Assembly (NCBI RefSeq): GCF_006345805.1
Contig: NC_042998.1
Location: 46,066,001 to 46,130,000 of the forward strand
Source of the DNA: Octopus sinensis
Lineage: Eukaryota
DNA length: 64,000 bases
Direction: 5' to 3'
The position numbers were made by a program, and so were the translations under genes. Shown piece after piece: positions 13,340-26,806 of the stretch. The notes beneath the pieces were generated by a model. That model saw only the letters and a program-made list of their open reading frames with translations. It was not told where the DNA came from and ran no database searches. The number at the start of each line of letters is the position of its first letter. Position 1 is the stretch's first letter.

Positions 13340-14728
13340 TACATACATACATACACACACACATACATACGTACACACATACACACACACACACATCGCA
13401 CATACATACTTCACACACCTATACTTACATACACACACACACATGCACACATACATGTACGCACACACACATACATACACACATACCCACACATGTACAC
13501 CTTTAGACGAATGCACACACGCATACACCTATTCGCACCCAGGCAGCCCCCCCCTTTTTTTTCTGCTTTCTAGTTTTGGTTGATGGATCCTCGGTTCCCG
13601 TGGAGCGGGTTGTTCGGGGGCCCCACGCGCGCACGCCTTGGCGCGTGACGGGGGTTGGTCGGCCCCATGGGCTTGCGTTGTATTGCTTGTCTGTTGTGTG
13701 TGCGAGCGCGCTTCGTGTGTGTGGGCGTGCTTCGGTTGTGTGCGTGCGTATGTATACATACATACCCACACACACGCATGCATCCCTACCCACACACATA
13801 CACGCACACCTACTCACACACACACTTACACACACACATACACACACACACATACCTGCGCACACACACATACATACACACACATACCTACTTCAGACAT
13901 ACACACACACACACACATACCTACTTCAGACATACACACACACAGACATACACCCATACACTCACACCCACACGCATACACACACACCACATACACACGC
14001 ACACGCACACATACACACACACACACACCCACATACATACATTACACTTGTACACACACACACACACACAGACATACACCCATACACTCACACTCACACG
14101 AATACACACACACACACATACACACGCACACGCACACATACACACACACACACACACCTAAATACATACATTACACTTGTACACACACACACTTACATTC
14201 ATACACACACACACCTACACAGCCATACCTTCACTCATACATACACACATACCTACACACACACACAAACACTCACAGACACACACCCATACATGCATAC
14301 ACCTAGACACACACACACGCCTACACACCTACATACACACACATGCATACACACACATACACGGACACACCCATACATACTTACATACATACACCTATAC
14401 ACACACGCCTACACACCTACATACACACATGCATACACACACACATATACGCACATACATATATACCTACACACATGCACACACACACACACACGCATGC
14501 ATGCACGCACACGCGCACACCTACACGCATGTACGCATACATGCACACACACACACACGCACACATACATACATACACACACACATACACCCATACACAT
14601 ACATGCATCCTACACACACACTCACACACATACACACACACACACTCACTCACACACCTGCATGTACGCGCACACACATGCACATACACACACTTCCACA
14701 CACACACACACATACATACATACACACT

Positions 14729-14762
<34 letters not shown>

Positions 14763-15520
14763 CATACATCTATACACACACATATACACACACACATACT
14801 CACATACATTCATCGGACACACTGACACTCAGACTTACACACAGACACACTCACACATCCACACACATACATACTCACACACGTAATCGCAGGCGCACGC
14901 ACATGCTCGCTTGTGCGCGTTCGCGCACGCTTGCACCACTCTCATGGTTTGACCGACCGGATCTCCTGTCCGTATCTGGGGCCGGCGCGTTGTCTTTGGG
15001 TTCTCACACGCCTGTCGCTGCGGGACCACTCTTCCATCTTCCCCCTCCTCTCCCCCCCCCTTCGCTGCAGTTCTTTTTCCCTTAACCCCCCCCTTTTGTA
15101 CACACACGCACACACATACACACACCCACTCACCCACACACATTTGCATATATATACACATTACACTTACACACACTTCAAATTTACTTGCCACACACAC
15201 AACTACGCACGCTGGACATCTACCACACGCACACACTCACACATACATACACACGCACACACACATACCTCCCTGTTTCTGATCTGCTTTTCTGACTTGC
15301 TAATGTACCCCCACACCACTCCTTTAATTCTACTACTGCCTGCTACTAGCCATTGTCTACCATACACACACATACATACACGCACACACACATACCTCCC
15401 TGCTTCTGATCTGCCTTTCTGACCTGCTAGGGTACCCCCACACCACTCCTTTAATTCTACTACTGCTTGCTACTAGCCATTGTCCACCATACACACACAT
15501 ACACACACACACGCACGCAC
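13100..15520 (+). repeat. ~2.4-kb compound (CA)/(CATA)-rich low-complexity tract with GC-rich islands, inside the PLE 3' region
   Basis: Directly visible. Islands at ~13530-13750 and ~14880-15100, and a ~130-bp tandem duplication at ~15262-15510. Confidence 0.95.
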
Positions 15521-15674
15521 TATCATTCCCTCATTGATTCAGCTCTCCTGTTTTTAAAAAACATTTTCCTCCTTTTTTACTACTTCCGTCTTTTCAGTAT
15601 GTGACCTCGTGAAGACGACTTGCAATTTTTTTTTCCTGTCCTCCCGTCTCGGGATCTTTCTTTCTTTCTCTTAT

Positions 15675-15709
15675 GTTTCCGACGAAGAGCTCCGCTCGAA
15701 ACGTCATAC
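15675..15709 (+). ncRNA. Minimal hammerhead-like motif (U4C variant)
   Basis: GUUU-CCGACGA-A-GAGC-UCC-GCUC-GAA-ACGU-C-AUAC. Stem I has one mismatch; palindromic ACGU stem III. Confidence 0.65.
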
Positions 15710-15814
15710 CCTCCTTCTTCCATTTTCCTGAGCGCCTAATAATAATAATACTGTAATTGTTCCACGTGTTGTTGTTTTTTCTGTTTTCCCGTTTGGATTA
15801 ACCTATATATACAT

Positions 15815-15975
15815 ATATACGACGGGCTTCTTTAAGTTTCTGTCTACCAAATCCACTCACAAGGCTTTGGTCGGCCCAAGGCTATAGTAGAAGACACTTG
15901 CCCAAGGTGCCATGCAGTGGGACTAAACCCAGAACCTTGTGGCTGGTAAGCAAGCTACTTACCACACAGTCACAC
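15815..15975 (-). mobile_element. tRNA-derived SINE, family B (representative; other copies ~21770, 29320, 43130 on -; ~23520, 27340, 29590, 29850, 32690, 42262, 57900, 61450 on +)
   Basis: Recurring GGCTGTGTGGT.AG.AGCTTGCTT..GGTTCAGTCCCACTGC.TGGCACCTTGGGCAAGTGTCTTCTACTATAGCC..CCAAAGCCTTGTGAGTGGATTTGGTAGAC body. Confidence 0.85.
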
Positions 15976-15979
15976 TTGC

Positions 15980-16440
15980 GCTGGTGGTATTTGCTTCTTT
16001 AAGAAAGCCGAATGCTAGTTCTATAATTGTCTCAGTTGATCTTTAGAATGGTGTAAATGTAATGCCGGTGGAAGAGCTTCAATTAAGTCAGATGTCTACA
16101 GTAGATGACCCAGGATTCTGATTTGTACTGGAAAGCAGGGATAGCTTCAGTTCAGTTGTTTCAGCTCTGAAAAATTTATATTCACAGATGCGCAAAGGCA
16201 TTTCCTGCATATTTCAAATGTTGGATTTTGCAATTATGGATATTTTAGTACTGGTTATAAGATGACTCTCTAGATAGCCAAAGTTGTTCATGCCTTGAGC
16301 TGGTGACCCTTGAGTTTGATGGCCGATGATCTTACCCAAACTTCTTATTTCTTGAAAAAGAATAGAACTTAGAGTTAATGTATTAATCTGGCTATCAGAA
16401 GACATGGCTAGTAAACCAGTGTCTTAATATCATAGCTATT
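15980..16440 (-). mobile_element. Decayed RTE (BovB-like) LINE RT C-terminal fragment
   Basis: Minus-strand remnants NNFGYLESHL and ESWVIYCRHLT*LKLFHRHYIYTILKIN resemble FxYLGS and ETWxxYxRHxxxLxxFH. Confidence 0.7.
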
Positions 16441-17965
16441 GTATTGTGTTTAACACACCCACAGATAGCTCCATACACATGCATGCATGCATGCATACAT
16501 ACATACATACATACATACATACATACATACATACACACATACATACATACACATACATATGCACACACATATATATGGACACACATACATATGCACTCAC
16601 ATGCACACACTCATATATGCACACATACATACATACATACATACATACATACATACACATACATACATATACACACATATACACACACTCACACATGCAC
16701 ACACTCATACATGCACACATACATACATACATACATACATACATACATAGATACATACATATATACATACATATATACATACATATGTGCATACACATAC
16801 ATATACATTCTATCATGCTTGTATATATGTGGTTTACTCTGTGCAGTTCTGAGAAGGCCTCATTATCTGTTCCAAAATAAAAATTGGATATTGAAATGTC
16901 AATATGAAGCAATATTTAATGTGTAAATGCTTAAAATGAAATATCATTTATCATCTTGCAACTAATGTATAATTTTTAGAGGATAGCACTGCAGCATATA
17001 TCGTTTTTTGAAGCAGAACAGTAACAGTCATAGCAACTTTCAGAAATCTGATCTTTCAAAGAAATTCAGTGACGTGATTATTATCTATACAATAAGTTCT
17101 TTTGTATGACTGACTTCAAACAAACAAACAAAATAACAACTTTTATTGAAAATTCTGTTTTTAATTCTACATATTACAACTACTAACTTCTTTCCGCAAC
17201 AGACTGTCTTGATTTTAAAACTTTTTTTTTATTATTTCTATTTTATTTTATTTATCTATTTATTTATTTTATACTGAATCTGTTTTGTAAATCGAAAGCA
17301 AAATAGTTGGCTATTTTGTGTCAAAATTATTCTTCAGCCATACATGGTTAAATTCTTTTATCTGCACAGTTCTATTGCATATTTATGAACAAGAAAAATA
17401 AATAAATAGATAAACAAGAAGAAATAAATAAAGAAATAAGAAGAAATAAATAAAAAAATAAAGAAATAAGAATAAATAAATGGATAAAAAATGAAGAAGC
17501 AAAAATATTGCAGAAAAACACTTCATTCCACATCACTGAAGGTTATCTAATTTGATAAAGCCAATTCTACCAAGACAAAATCTTCTTAACTCAAAATTGT
17601 GGAAGAACAAAAGATTTGTTGATTAGGCTTTTTTCCTCGAGATTTTGTGCTGTTCTGAAGTATTATTTGATATTGAATCCCATAGAAAATGGATTTAAGT
17701 AAACTCCTAGATTTTTGAAAAATTTTAATATCCCTATGGTTTTATTTTTATTTTTACTTTTATGGTGAAAATCAGATATGAGAATTGCAAATGAAGTACT
17801 TCTTTTTGTCTCTAATAATAGTGAATAGTTTTATATTAAAATTTTATGGCATTGCCGCCTTGTTACTCACTTTATCTTCTTCACCCTCTTTGTCGTTTAC
17901 AACTTCTTCCTTCATTTTCTTCAATGTTATTTTTATTGACTTTATTTTTCTCTGTATTATTATTA

Positions 17966-18021
<56 letters not shown>

Positions 18022-19506
18022 TTCCTAGCTCTTCTTTTTTTCTTCTATCATCTTCAAATCCGTTTTAATTTAAAAAAAAACGCATTTTAATCTTCATCTT
18101 TTCATTTATTCTTTATTTTTAAAAAATTTTTAATTGATTATTTTTATTTCCATATCATTCTCTGAGAAATTAATTTTAAATTTAAATTGCGTCGTGACAA
18201 AAAACTAGATTTATATGCCATTTTCTGTTTCATTGTTAGCAATATATCCTCACATTGGTATTAATGCATTTGATTCTATGGAATGGCCAAGTGCGAGATG
18301 CAATGGTTTCTAGTTAAGATGTTAAATTACAGACTATGTACGTATTCATAAGTACTGACCTCACCACTGTTTATTCTTTTGTACTACTGAGCAAGACACA
18401 TAGTCAGATAGTACTCGTTATCTCAGTATGGTTGAGCAATAAATTTTATTCATCGTCATCATCATTTTAACATTCACTTTTCCAAGCTTGCATGAATTGG
18501 ACAGAAGAATATATTGAGATAAGTTCTCTACAGCCAGATGACCTTCCTGTTGCTAATCCTTTTCTATTTCCAAGGCAGCTAACATTTCCCCATGACTAGA
18601 CATGTTTTCACAGAATATTAGAAATCAATATTCCTTTGCAAAAGCCATGTAATGTATATATTTCTTTACTACCCACAAGGGGCTAAACACAGAGGGGACA
18701 AACAAGGACAGACAAACAGATTAAGTTGATTATATCGACCCCAGTGCGTAACTGGTACTTAATTTATCAACCCCAAAAGAATGAAAGGCAAAGTTGACCT
18801 TGGCGGAATTTGAACTTAAGGACAGACGAAATACCGCTAGGCATTTCGCCTGGCGTGCTAACGTTTCTGCCAGCTCAGACAAAAAGACACACACATGCAT
18901 GTATGCACACACACACACACACACACACACGCATACACACACAATAGGCTTCTTTCAAGGGCTTTAGTACAAGACCCTTGCCCAATAATCAATATTGTGA
19001 AACTGAACCTGAGACTATGTAATGTCTCATTAGTTACTTCCTAACTAATGAGGTTAGGAATTAAACTTCTTAACCATGCAAGTATGCCTGTGTCTGACTT
19101 ATTAACAATAGGAATGCATCTAACTATATGAAACGAAAAAAAAATTTTAATAATTGTTTCACCAATTTGACAAAATTAAAAAAAAAAACCCAAAACACTC
19201 TGACCATGGATGTATAAAAACCCGTAACCCATAAAAGGTTTGTTAAATGATGTGTTGATAGAAATAGTTTATCTGTATTTTTATCATGTGTTCTGTATTT
19301 TTATCATGTGTTTACAATGTCAGGGAAATACATTTAGAGGATAAAACCTCAGATGCCAAATCCTGCTAGCTTGGAGAGTGCCAGAAAGTATATTTAGTAA
19401 ATGTCTTCGCAGAGTGGAAGAGATATGTGAGGTTCTTAAGATTGTCTGGTAAGTTTGTCGATATATACATATACATACATACATACATATACACACACAC
19501 ATATAA

Positions 19507-19541
<35 letters not shown>

Positions 19542-19739
19542 AATACATACACACACATATATATAAATACACACATATATATATACATATATATATATAA
19601 GCACATATATATATACATATACGCACACACATATATACACATACCTACACAAACATATATACTCATACATATATATACACGCACACATGTATATACATAT
19701 ATACATATACATACATATACACACACACACGCACACACA

Positions 19740-20818
19740 CTACCAATGCATCCCGGCGTTGCTTGGGTGTTATGACCTACTGGCACATTGTATTGTTTGC
19801 TCCTTTCATATGGGCAGAAACATTACTTTCATTATTCACACGTCGTCACTCATGTAATGCAACATTTTGTAATTTCAATTCAAGTTGAAAGTGGGAAACT
19901 ATTTTCATTTTCTAATGAAACCTGGTCATTGTAGAAAAGTGTATTTGAAATAACTGTTGCAGGTTCAATCCGTGGAATTTTGAAATGATACCCATCTTGT
20001 CCATTCCACAGAATAAAAGTATACTGGAAAGCATGATAAGAGGAGTGAGTCTGTGAAACACGTTTAAGGTTGTTTTCTTGAACACGAATAAGAATATCAT
20101 GATTTTCATGGAGATCACCGACAATAAGGATAGCTACTTCATTAGATGTAGGTTCATTAAAACAGTGTAAAATGTTCTTTACTATAGTTTACTATAGACA
20201 TAAGGAACACAGAAACACACTCATGGAATTGATAATATTGAAAACAGTAAAATGTACACATATGAAGTTCAAGCAAAATGAAATGTAGTCAATACAGGTG
20301 CAAAACATACTTTCTGTAGCATAGTTATGCTATAAAAAAATGGAAAGTTATCAATTTAGCAAAAGTTACTATACAACACCAATGTAACAAAGTACAAAAA
20401 GTCAACATTTATTTGGAACATGAACTAAATGTTATAAGATTCACAATTTAATATCACAGTGAAGAAAGTGACAGTCGAAGAAAATTCAGAAGGCATAATT
20501 CAATTTTTCATACAAAATTAATTTATTTTTACAATTTTGAAACGAATGCTGAACCAAGTGTATAGAAAGGAAGATGCTGTTGTACCATTAATTTAAAATA
20601 TTTGCTGAAGGATGTATGTAGCAAGATATAAATGAATTTGACATTACTACATATTTTTTAACTGTCTAACTTTATAGGCTGTAGAATAAATACTAACGCA
20701 GTAAAAAGGTTGTGCGACGTTGATACAGTGATGAAGAATACAAGGACTGTTAAAAAAAAAAACATTATCTTGAAACAGGTTAGAAGGAGTGGAATAACAT
20801 TATAGATAGATATAGATA
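19740..20818 (-). mobile_element. Internally deleted Helitron
   Basis: 5' end TCTATATCTATCTATA (~20818). RepHel fragment FNEPTSNEVAILIVGDLHENHDILIRVQENNLKRVSQTHSSYHAFQYTFILWNGQDGYHF in frame 20161-19880. 3' CCCAAGCAACGCCGGG hairpin-like sequence followed by GGTAG|T (consensus CTAG). Confidence 0.8.
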
Positions 20819-23800
20819 TATTCTATGAAAAGGTCAAGTAGGTTACTTTAACCCTCTCGATGGCAACCTACTTTAGACCACCTCTAGTTTTATGTTAAAA
20901 ATGTTACAAAACCACTATTATTAAGTGTTCTTATTCAAATCTAAAGGCTTCCATCATAATTTTATGTAGAAATCTTTTAAGTTCACATATGATGAGTAGA
21001 TGAAAACATGTTAGTTAATTAACCAAACCCTTCCAGTTATTTTCAAGTGGCACTTTGGGCAATGTTTTCTACCATAACTCCAAGTCAACCAAAGTCTTGT
21101 GAGTGAATTTGGTAGATGGAATCTGAAAGAACCTCTTAGTGTGTGTGTGTGTATATGCTATCAACTCTTCTATGCAAGAATTAGTCTACAGTCATCAACA
21201 GTATCACCATAAAGGAAGTGTTCAACAGAGAAGAAAATAAATACTTTGGATACAAGATAAAGCTGACAATAACGGTAAATGTGTGTATGTGTGTGTGTAA
21301 GGTGCAAAGTCTGCAAAAAATGCAACGCAAAAATGAGGTAAATAAGAAACATATTAGTTTGATGCACTGGAAATGGATAAAAAAGTGATGGAAACATTTC
21401 TAATGTTTTGCGCATTCACTCTTCTTTCAAAAGCTAGGCTGGACATTAAGTAAACAAAATGGCAATGAAAAACTGGCGAAGGAGAAAAAATGCTGCAGGT
21501 AAACAAAATGGCAAAGGAAAAACCCAGGCCTGTCCAAACATCATGGCATATGTATACATGTGTGTAAATGTGTGCCTGTGTATATATATATGTGTGTGTA
21601 TGTGTATGTGCATGTGTATTTGCTTTTCACACATACACACTGCAAGTTTTATTGTCATACAGTGTCATTCATTTCTAATCTTTCATGAAAACATGATTCA
21701 CCACAAGGAAATATGGGGGTGCAAACAAAGCAACACATGTTGTCAAGTGATGCTTGGGAGACACACACATCATGGGCTTCTACCAGATTCACTTACAAAA
21801 TATTGGTCAACCTGAGGCTGTAGTAGAAGACACTTGTCCAAAGTGCCATGCAGTGGGATTGAACCCCAAAACCACAGGGTTGCAAAGCAACCTTCTTATT
21901 TGTACACATGAGCATGCATGTATGCACATACACATACACGCGTGCACACAGGACACACACATACATTCCGCCTTCTAATCATAAAAGAAATAATTCCTAC
22001 TGAAGATATAGACAGTAATTGTCTGTTCTGTCTATTACAATAACTATTAACTGAATAACTATTCTTTGTTAAAACTAAAATAGTTATTTTGCTAACTTGA
22101 TACTGCCATTTCCTCTAAAACATAAGAATAAAACCTCATGTTGTAACAAATATGAAATTTAATAAACAGTCCACCCTTTTCAGTGACAGAGGCTACTGAT
22201 TCTTGAATGGAATATTAGATGTAAGGTGAGTGGAATTTTTGGCAGAAAAACATAGTCTTCCCACTGACTTGTGTGAACTAAACGCTGCAGTCTGATCTCC
22301 CTCACACAGACATGCTGATCACTATTTTTAGTTTACACATCTTTACAAGAAGGTATTAGAACAGGAAATTCTTGACAGTTATTCTATTTCGGATCTATAT
22401 AAATAATTAATTTTCAATCTTATCTTTAGAAGATTGGGTGCTATAGAACTAATGAAAATTGGCTGAAAATACCATCGTCACTATTATTATTCTTTACCAT
22501 CTGCCAACAATAACAACAACAGTTTTTTTTTCAAACTGACAAATGATCCATTACACAATTGTTTGACTTGCTTGAAATAGTAGCTAAGTCTCTATCAGAT
22601 TACATCTTACCATCTTAAATAAAGGTTAACAATGTAGTCTCTTATATACAAAAAAATAAATCAGGACGGATGGTCATGTCTGGAATGCTTTTGATCATGC
22701 AGTTACTTGATCAAGGATAACTTGGAGTTAAACAATAACAACATGAGTAAAATTGTTTTTTTTTCCCCTTTTCTAAAATATTGTGCCTTATGGAAAGACT
22801 CATCTCCTACATATGAAAAATTTATAACCAATTAGCATGGGAAGATGACAGACAAAATAGGACTCAATTAAAAGTCCTTCAAGTACCCACAATATTATTT
22901 TCTTTACGTTACTCATTATTATTGCATGTGTGTGTGCACATACACACACACGGTGGTGATAATAAGTTTATTGAATTTTGTCGTTATTACGCTAGCGTTT
23001 GGAACATGAATTAATATAACATTTTGATGGGGGGTTCTAAATTCAATCACATTGAAACAGGAAAATTGTATGATAGAACCAGAAGTGGTCTTTGGTGTGT
23101 TGGTTACCAAAAGGATTAAAATGCCTTAGCAAGAACAGCTCCTACATTAATAAATGGCACAATTGATGGAGGAGTCTCTGCATTGTTAACTGCAGCAAAA
23201 TCCTTCCTGTAATCTTATCCCATCATCTAAAAAAAAAAGTATACATTGGAAAAGTTTGGTAGAATTTACATATATAATCTAGTAAATTGAAAATATTTCA
23301 TCACCTGAGATTTATTGAAGCAAATTGTAGGCAGAAACTATTGCAAATAGTGTTTAACATTTAACAAGTAAGGGAGATAACTCCAATAAAATCAGCTGAT
23401 TGAAATCTTGCGATGATTTTCATAATAGTGCAGCTTGGTATGGATCTGGCTTTGAAAGTCAGTAAGGTGCTTGTGTCAGATTTTGCTAGACCTCAGTGAC
23501 CCATATTCTATTCACTTATAAGAATAAGAGTGATATACATAAGTATGGCTGTATGCTCCCCAACCATATAGTTTTGGGTTTAGTTTCACTGTGTGTCTCC
23601 TTGGACAAGTATCTCCTGCTATAGATTCAGGCTGACCAACACATTTTGAGTGGATTTGGTAATTGAAAACTGAAAGAAGACTGTCATGTGTGTGTGTGTG
23701 TGTGTACTCTGAGTCAACTGACATCCCACAGATGGGAATGAGATTCCTAATCTTTATTTAGACATCTCTCCAGGAGAAGAAAATTCCAAAATAACACCCA

Positions 23801-24299
23801 CCTCATTGCAGAATTCATGCTCTTGGTAGTTTCTGAGCTACTTAGCTTTGCAGGTGTGAGTCTTAACATGTTCTTCAAGTTGCTTTGACTTTAAGTGTCA
23901 GCACAGGCATTGCTGACAGCCATAGTCTTCAACAATTAAGATATAATAATTTGTTACTGATGGTCATACTCCTCTATGAATTGACAGTCACCATGTATGT
24001 GTGTATGTATGTCTGTGTGTGTGTGTGTTTATAGGAGTATGTGCGTCTGTGTTTCCCTGTCTTGATATTACACAATAGTTGTAAATGTGTGTCGCTAGTA
24101 TTCAAGCAGTGTCCCTTGTTTCTAATCTTCTTTGAAAATATGTCTGGCCATGGGAAAATATTACCTTGCTTGGAAACATGTGAGGGTTGGCTACTGAAAG
24201 GGCATCTGGCCATAGGGAAATCTACCTCAATAAATTTTGTCTGATTTATGCAAGAATGGAGAAGTGGATGTTAAAACAGTGATGTATGTATGTATGTCT

Positions 24300-24452
24300 G
24301 GATCTTTCCTTCTCCTATGTTTCCGATGAAGAGCTCCGCTCGAAACGTTAAACCCTCCTTCTTCCCTTCTTTCCTGAGCGTCTAATAATACTATATTTGT
24401 TCTACGTCCTCGCGTTGTTATGTTTTTTTGTGTTTTCTTGTTTGGATTAACT
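24300..24452 (+). mobile_element. Solo PLE terminal repeat, same family as 15650-15800
   Basis: Clear alignment with 15650-15800; abuts (TA)n. Confidence 0.8.
24319..24353 (+). ncRNA. Minimal hammerhead-like motif (U4C variant)
   Basis: GUUU-CCGAUGA-A-GAGC-UCC-GCUC-GAA-ACGU-U-AAAC. Perfect 4-bp stems I and II. Predicted cleavage after U24349. Confidence 0.7.
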
Positions 24453-24469
24453 ATATATATATATATATA

Positions 24470-24750
24470 TCATCATCATCATCATCATCGTTTAACCTCC
24501 GTTCTCCATGCTAGCATGGGTTGGACGGTTCGACCGGGGATCTGGGAAGCCAGAAGGCTGCACCAGGCTCCAGTCTTATCTGGCAATGTTTCTACAGCTG
24601 GATGCCCTTCCTAACGCCAACCACTCCGTGAGTGTAGTGGGTGCTTTTTACATGCCACCTGCACAGGTGCCAGGCGAGGCTGGCAACGGCCACGGTCGGA
24701 TTGGTGTATTTTACGTGCCACCGGCACGGAAGCCAGTCGAGGCGGCGCTG
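24470..24750 (-). mobile_element. Non-autonomous repeat sharing the RTE-LINE 3' tail (representative; also ~10105, 34560, 58075, 60230, 61030 on -; ~36320, 44120 on +)
   Basis: Matches the LINE terminus 49840-50010 (GAGTGGTTGGCGTTAGGAAGGGCATCCAGCTGTAGAAAC..CCAACCCATGCTAGCATGG..(ATG)n). Confidence 0.85.
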
Positions 24751-25058
24751 ATATATATATATTACCGTGACCGACCAGGCTATCAGATGTTGCTACACAT
24801 CGCTGGTCGCAATGCGCTTCGCATTGTTTTAGCCTTCAAATGATGCCACCCTGCTGGCTAAGCGAGCAAGCCAACAGAAGAAAGAGTGAGAGAAAGTTGT
24901 GGTGAAAGAGTACTGCAGGGATTGCCACATCCCCTTCGAGAGCCTCGTGGAGCTTTGGTGTTTCCACTCAATAAACACTCGGTCTAGGAATCGAAACTGC
25001 GATCCTATGACCACGAGTTTGCTGCTCTAACCACTGGGCCATTGCGCTTCCACACACT

Positions 25059-25111
<53 letters not shown>

Positions 25112-25115
<4 letters not shown>

Positions 25116-25338
25116 TTAAGTCACAATATATGGATTCAAGTAATCTGCTAGTACTCATAAAAAAGCCTCTAAATGTGTCATTTTACAAAACATATAGAAT
25201 ATATAGTAAGGTACATGAGAAAATGATAAGGAGTGTATAAAGTCATAAATGATAGAGAAATAGCTTGATGAAATTTATTTTTCTTATTGTTAAATTGAAT
25301 TTCGTCAAACCATTTCTCTGTCATTCATGACATTATAT

Positions 25339-25395
<57 letters not shown>

Positions 25396-25611
25396 TTAAG
25401 TCACAATATATGGATTCAAGTAATCTGCTAGTACTCATAAAAAAGCCTCTAAATGTGTCATTTTACAAAACATATAGAATATATAGTAAGGTACATGAGA
25501 AAATGATAAGGAGTGTATAAAGTCATAAATGATAGAGAAATAGCTTGATGAAATTTATTTTTCTTATTGTTAAATTGAATTTCGTCAAACCATTTCTCTG
25601 TCATTCATGAC

Positions 25612-25614
<3 letters not shown>
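25112..25614. repeat. Exact tandem duplication of a 223-bp unique segment, bounded by (TA)n
   Basis: 25112-25334 and 25392-25614 appear identical by eye; period 280. Confidence 0.92.
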
Positions 25615-25647
<33 letters not shown>

Positions 25648-25654
<7 letters not shown>

Positions 25655-26040
25655 ATGGATGGAAGCACTCCGTCGGTTACGACGACGAGGGTTCCGGTTG
25701 ATCCGATCAACGGAACAGCCTGCTCGTGAAATTAACGTGTAAGTGGCTGAGCACTCCCAGACACGTGCACCCTTAACGTAGTTCTCGGGGATATTCAGCG
25801 TGACACAGAGAGTGACAAGGCCGGCCCTTTGAAATACAGGTACAACAGAAACAGGAAGTAAGAGTGAGAGAAAGTTGTGGTGAAAGAGTACAGCAGGGAT
25901 CACCACCATCCCTGCCAGAGCCTCGTGGAGCTTTAGGTGTTTTCGCTCAAATACACTCACAACGCCCGGTCTGGGAATCGAAACCGCGATCCAACGACCG
26001 CGAGTCCGCTGTCCTAACCACTGGGCCATTGCGCCTCCAC
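25648..26040 (-). mobile_element. Full-length tRNA-derived SINE, family C (partial copies 24770-25050 -, 27520-27815 -; variant 30295-30600 +)
   Basis: Head GGAGGCGCAATGGCCCAGTGGTTAGG..GGTTTCGATTCCC with pol III A/B-box-like motifs, non-tRNA body, (TCCA)n tail. Confidence 0.85.
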
Positions 26041-26658
26041 ACATATATATATACACATATATGTGCACATACAGAGAGAGAGAGAGAGAGAATGCAGTGA
26101 TGCTAATTATGAATATTAATTTCATGTTTTGACACAAGGTCAGCAATTTTGGGGAGGGGCCTAGTCAATTACATCAGCTCCAGTGCTCAAATGGTGCTTA
26201 TTTCATCAACCCCAAAAGGATGAAAGGCAAAGTCGACCTCAGCCGAATTTGAACTCAGAATGTAAGGCCGGACAAAACACTGTTTATGAATATTAACAAT
26301 ATAACTCAACGAAATATTCTCCTCTCACTCTGTTGTTGCAGATGTGAGACTTCATTGTTTAATTTGTGTTTAGTATGCAGAATGCTTCCTGAAGTATCTT
26401 TCACAACAGATCAGTCAACCAAGTAGAGGCGTCTTCATTACAGACTCTGTTTATTGATAGTGGTAGCATAATGGCTGGAAAGAGACTGAAAAATTTCTAT
26501 GATGATAATCATGATGGTGGTGGTGGTGGTGGTGTTGGTGTTGGTTTCCTCCTCCTCCTTCCTCTTCTTCAGACATGGAATGTAATTTAAGAAGAAAGGC
26601 TGAACTGAAATGAGCTGAAGATATCTTTGGGTGGTCAAGGATGCATGAAGGACAAGAA

Positions 26659-26690
<32 letters not shown>

Positions 26691-26768
26691 CATCATTATT
26701 ATCATTACTACTACTACTACTACTACTACTATTACTATTATCGTCATCATCATCATCGTCATCATCAT

Positions 26769-26806
<38 letters not shown>

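Larger units (their letters stand above)
11582..15800 (+). mobile_element. 5'-truncated Penelope-like retroelement (RT + GIY-YIG), probably Neptune group, with a long CA-rich 3' region and terminal repeat
   Basis: RT motifs LDVKSLYT, GVAMGTRMGP, YIDD. Linker CSRSRCNTC. GIY-YIG LIYCIKC..LYVGQTGRRLSDRFTEH, C-terminal TTTPHGLN. One frameshift near 11660. Ends with a hammerhead-like motif and TA repeats. Confidence 0.93.

Noticed and set aside
13209-16926. Numerous His/Thr- or Cys/Val-rich ORFs up to 436 aa
   Set aside because: Translations of CA/TG microsatellites; the same applies to similar ORFs across the window.
17630-17700. FPRDFV / VLFDI text resembling the SAPCD2 N-terminal motif
   Set aside because: Needs two frameshifts, hits stops and lacks splice sites; likely coincidence.
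19963-20044. AG..GT-bounded open segment on the + strand
   Set aside because: It is antisense to the Helitron RepHel fragment, which explains the sequence.
25960-26040. tRNA-like sequences with A/B boxes (also ~30295-30365)
   Set aside because: SINE heads: no complete cloverleaf, and they continue into SINE bodies.
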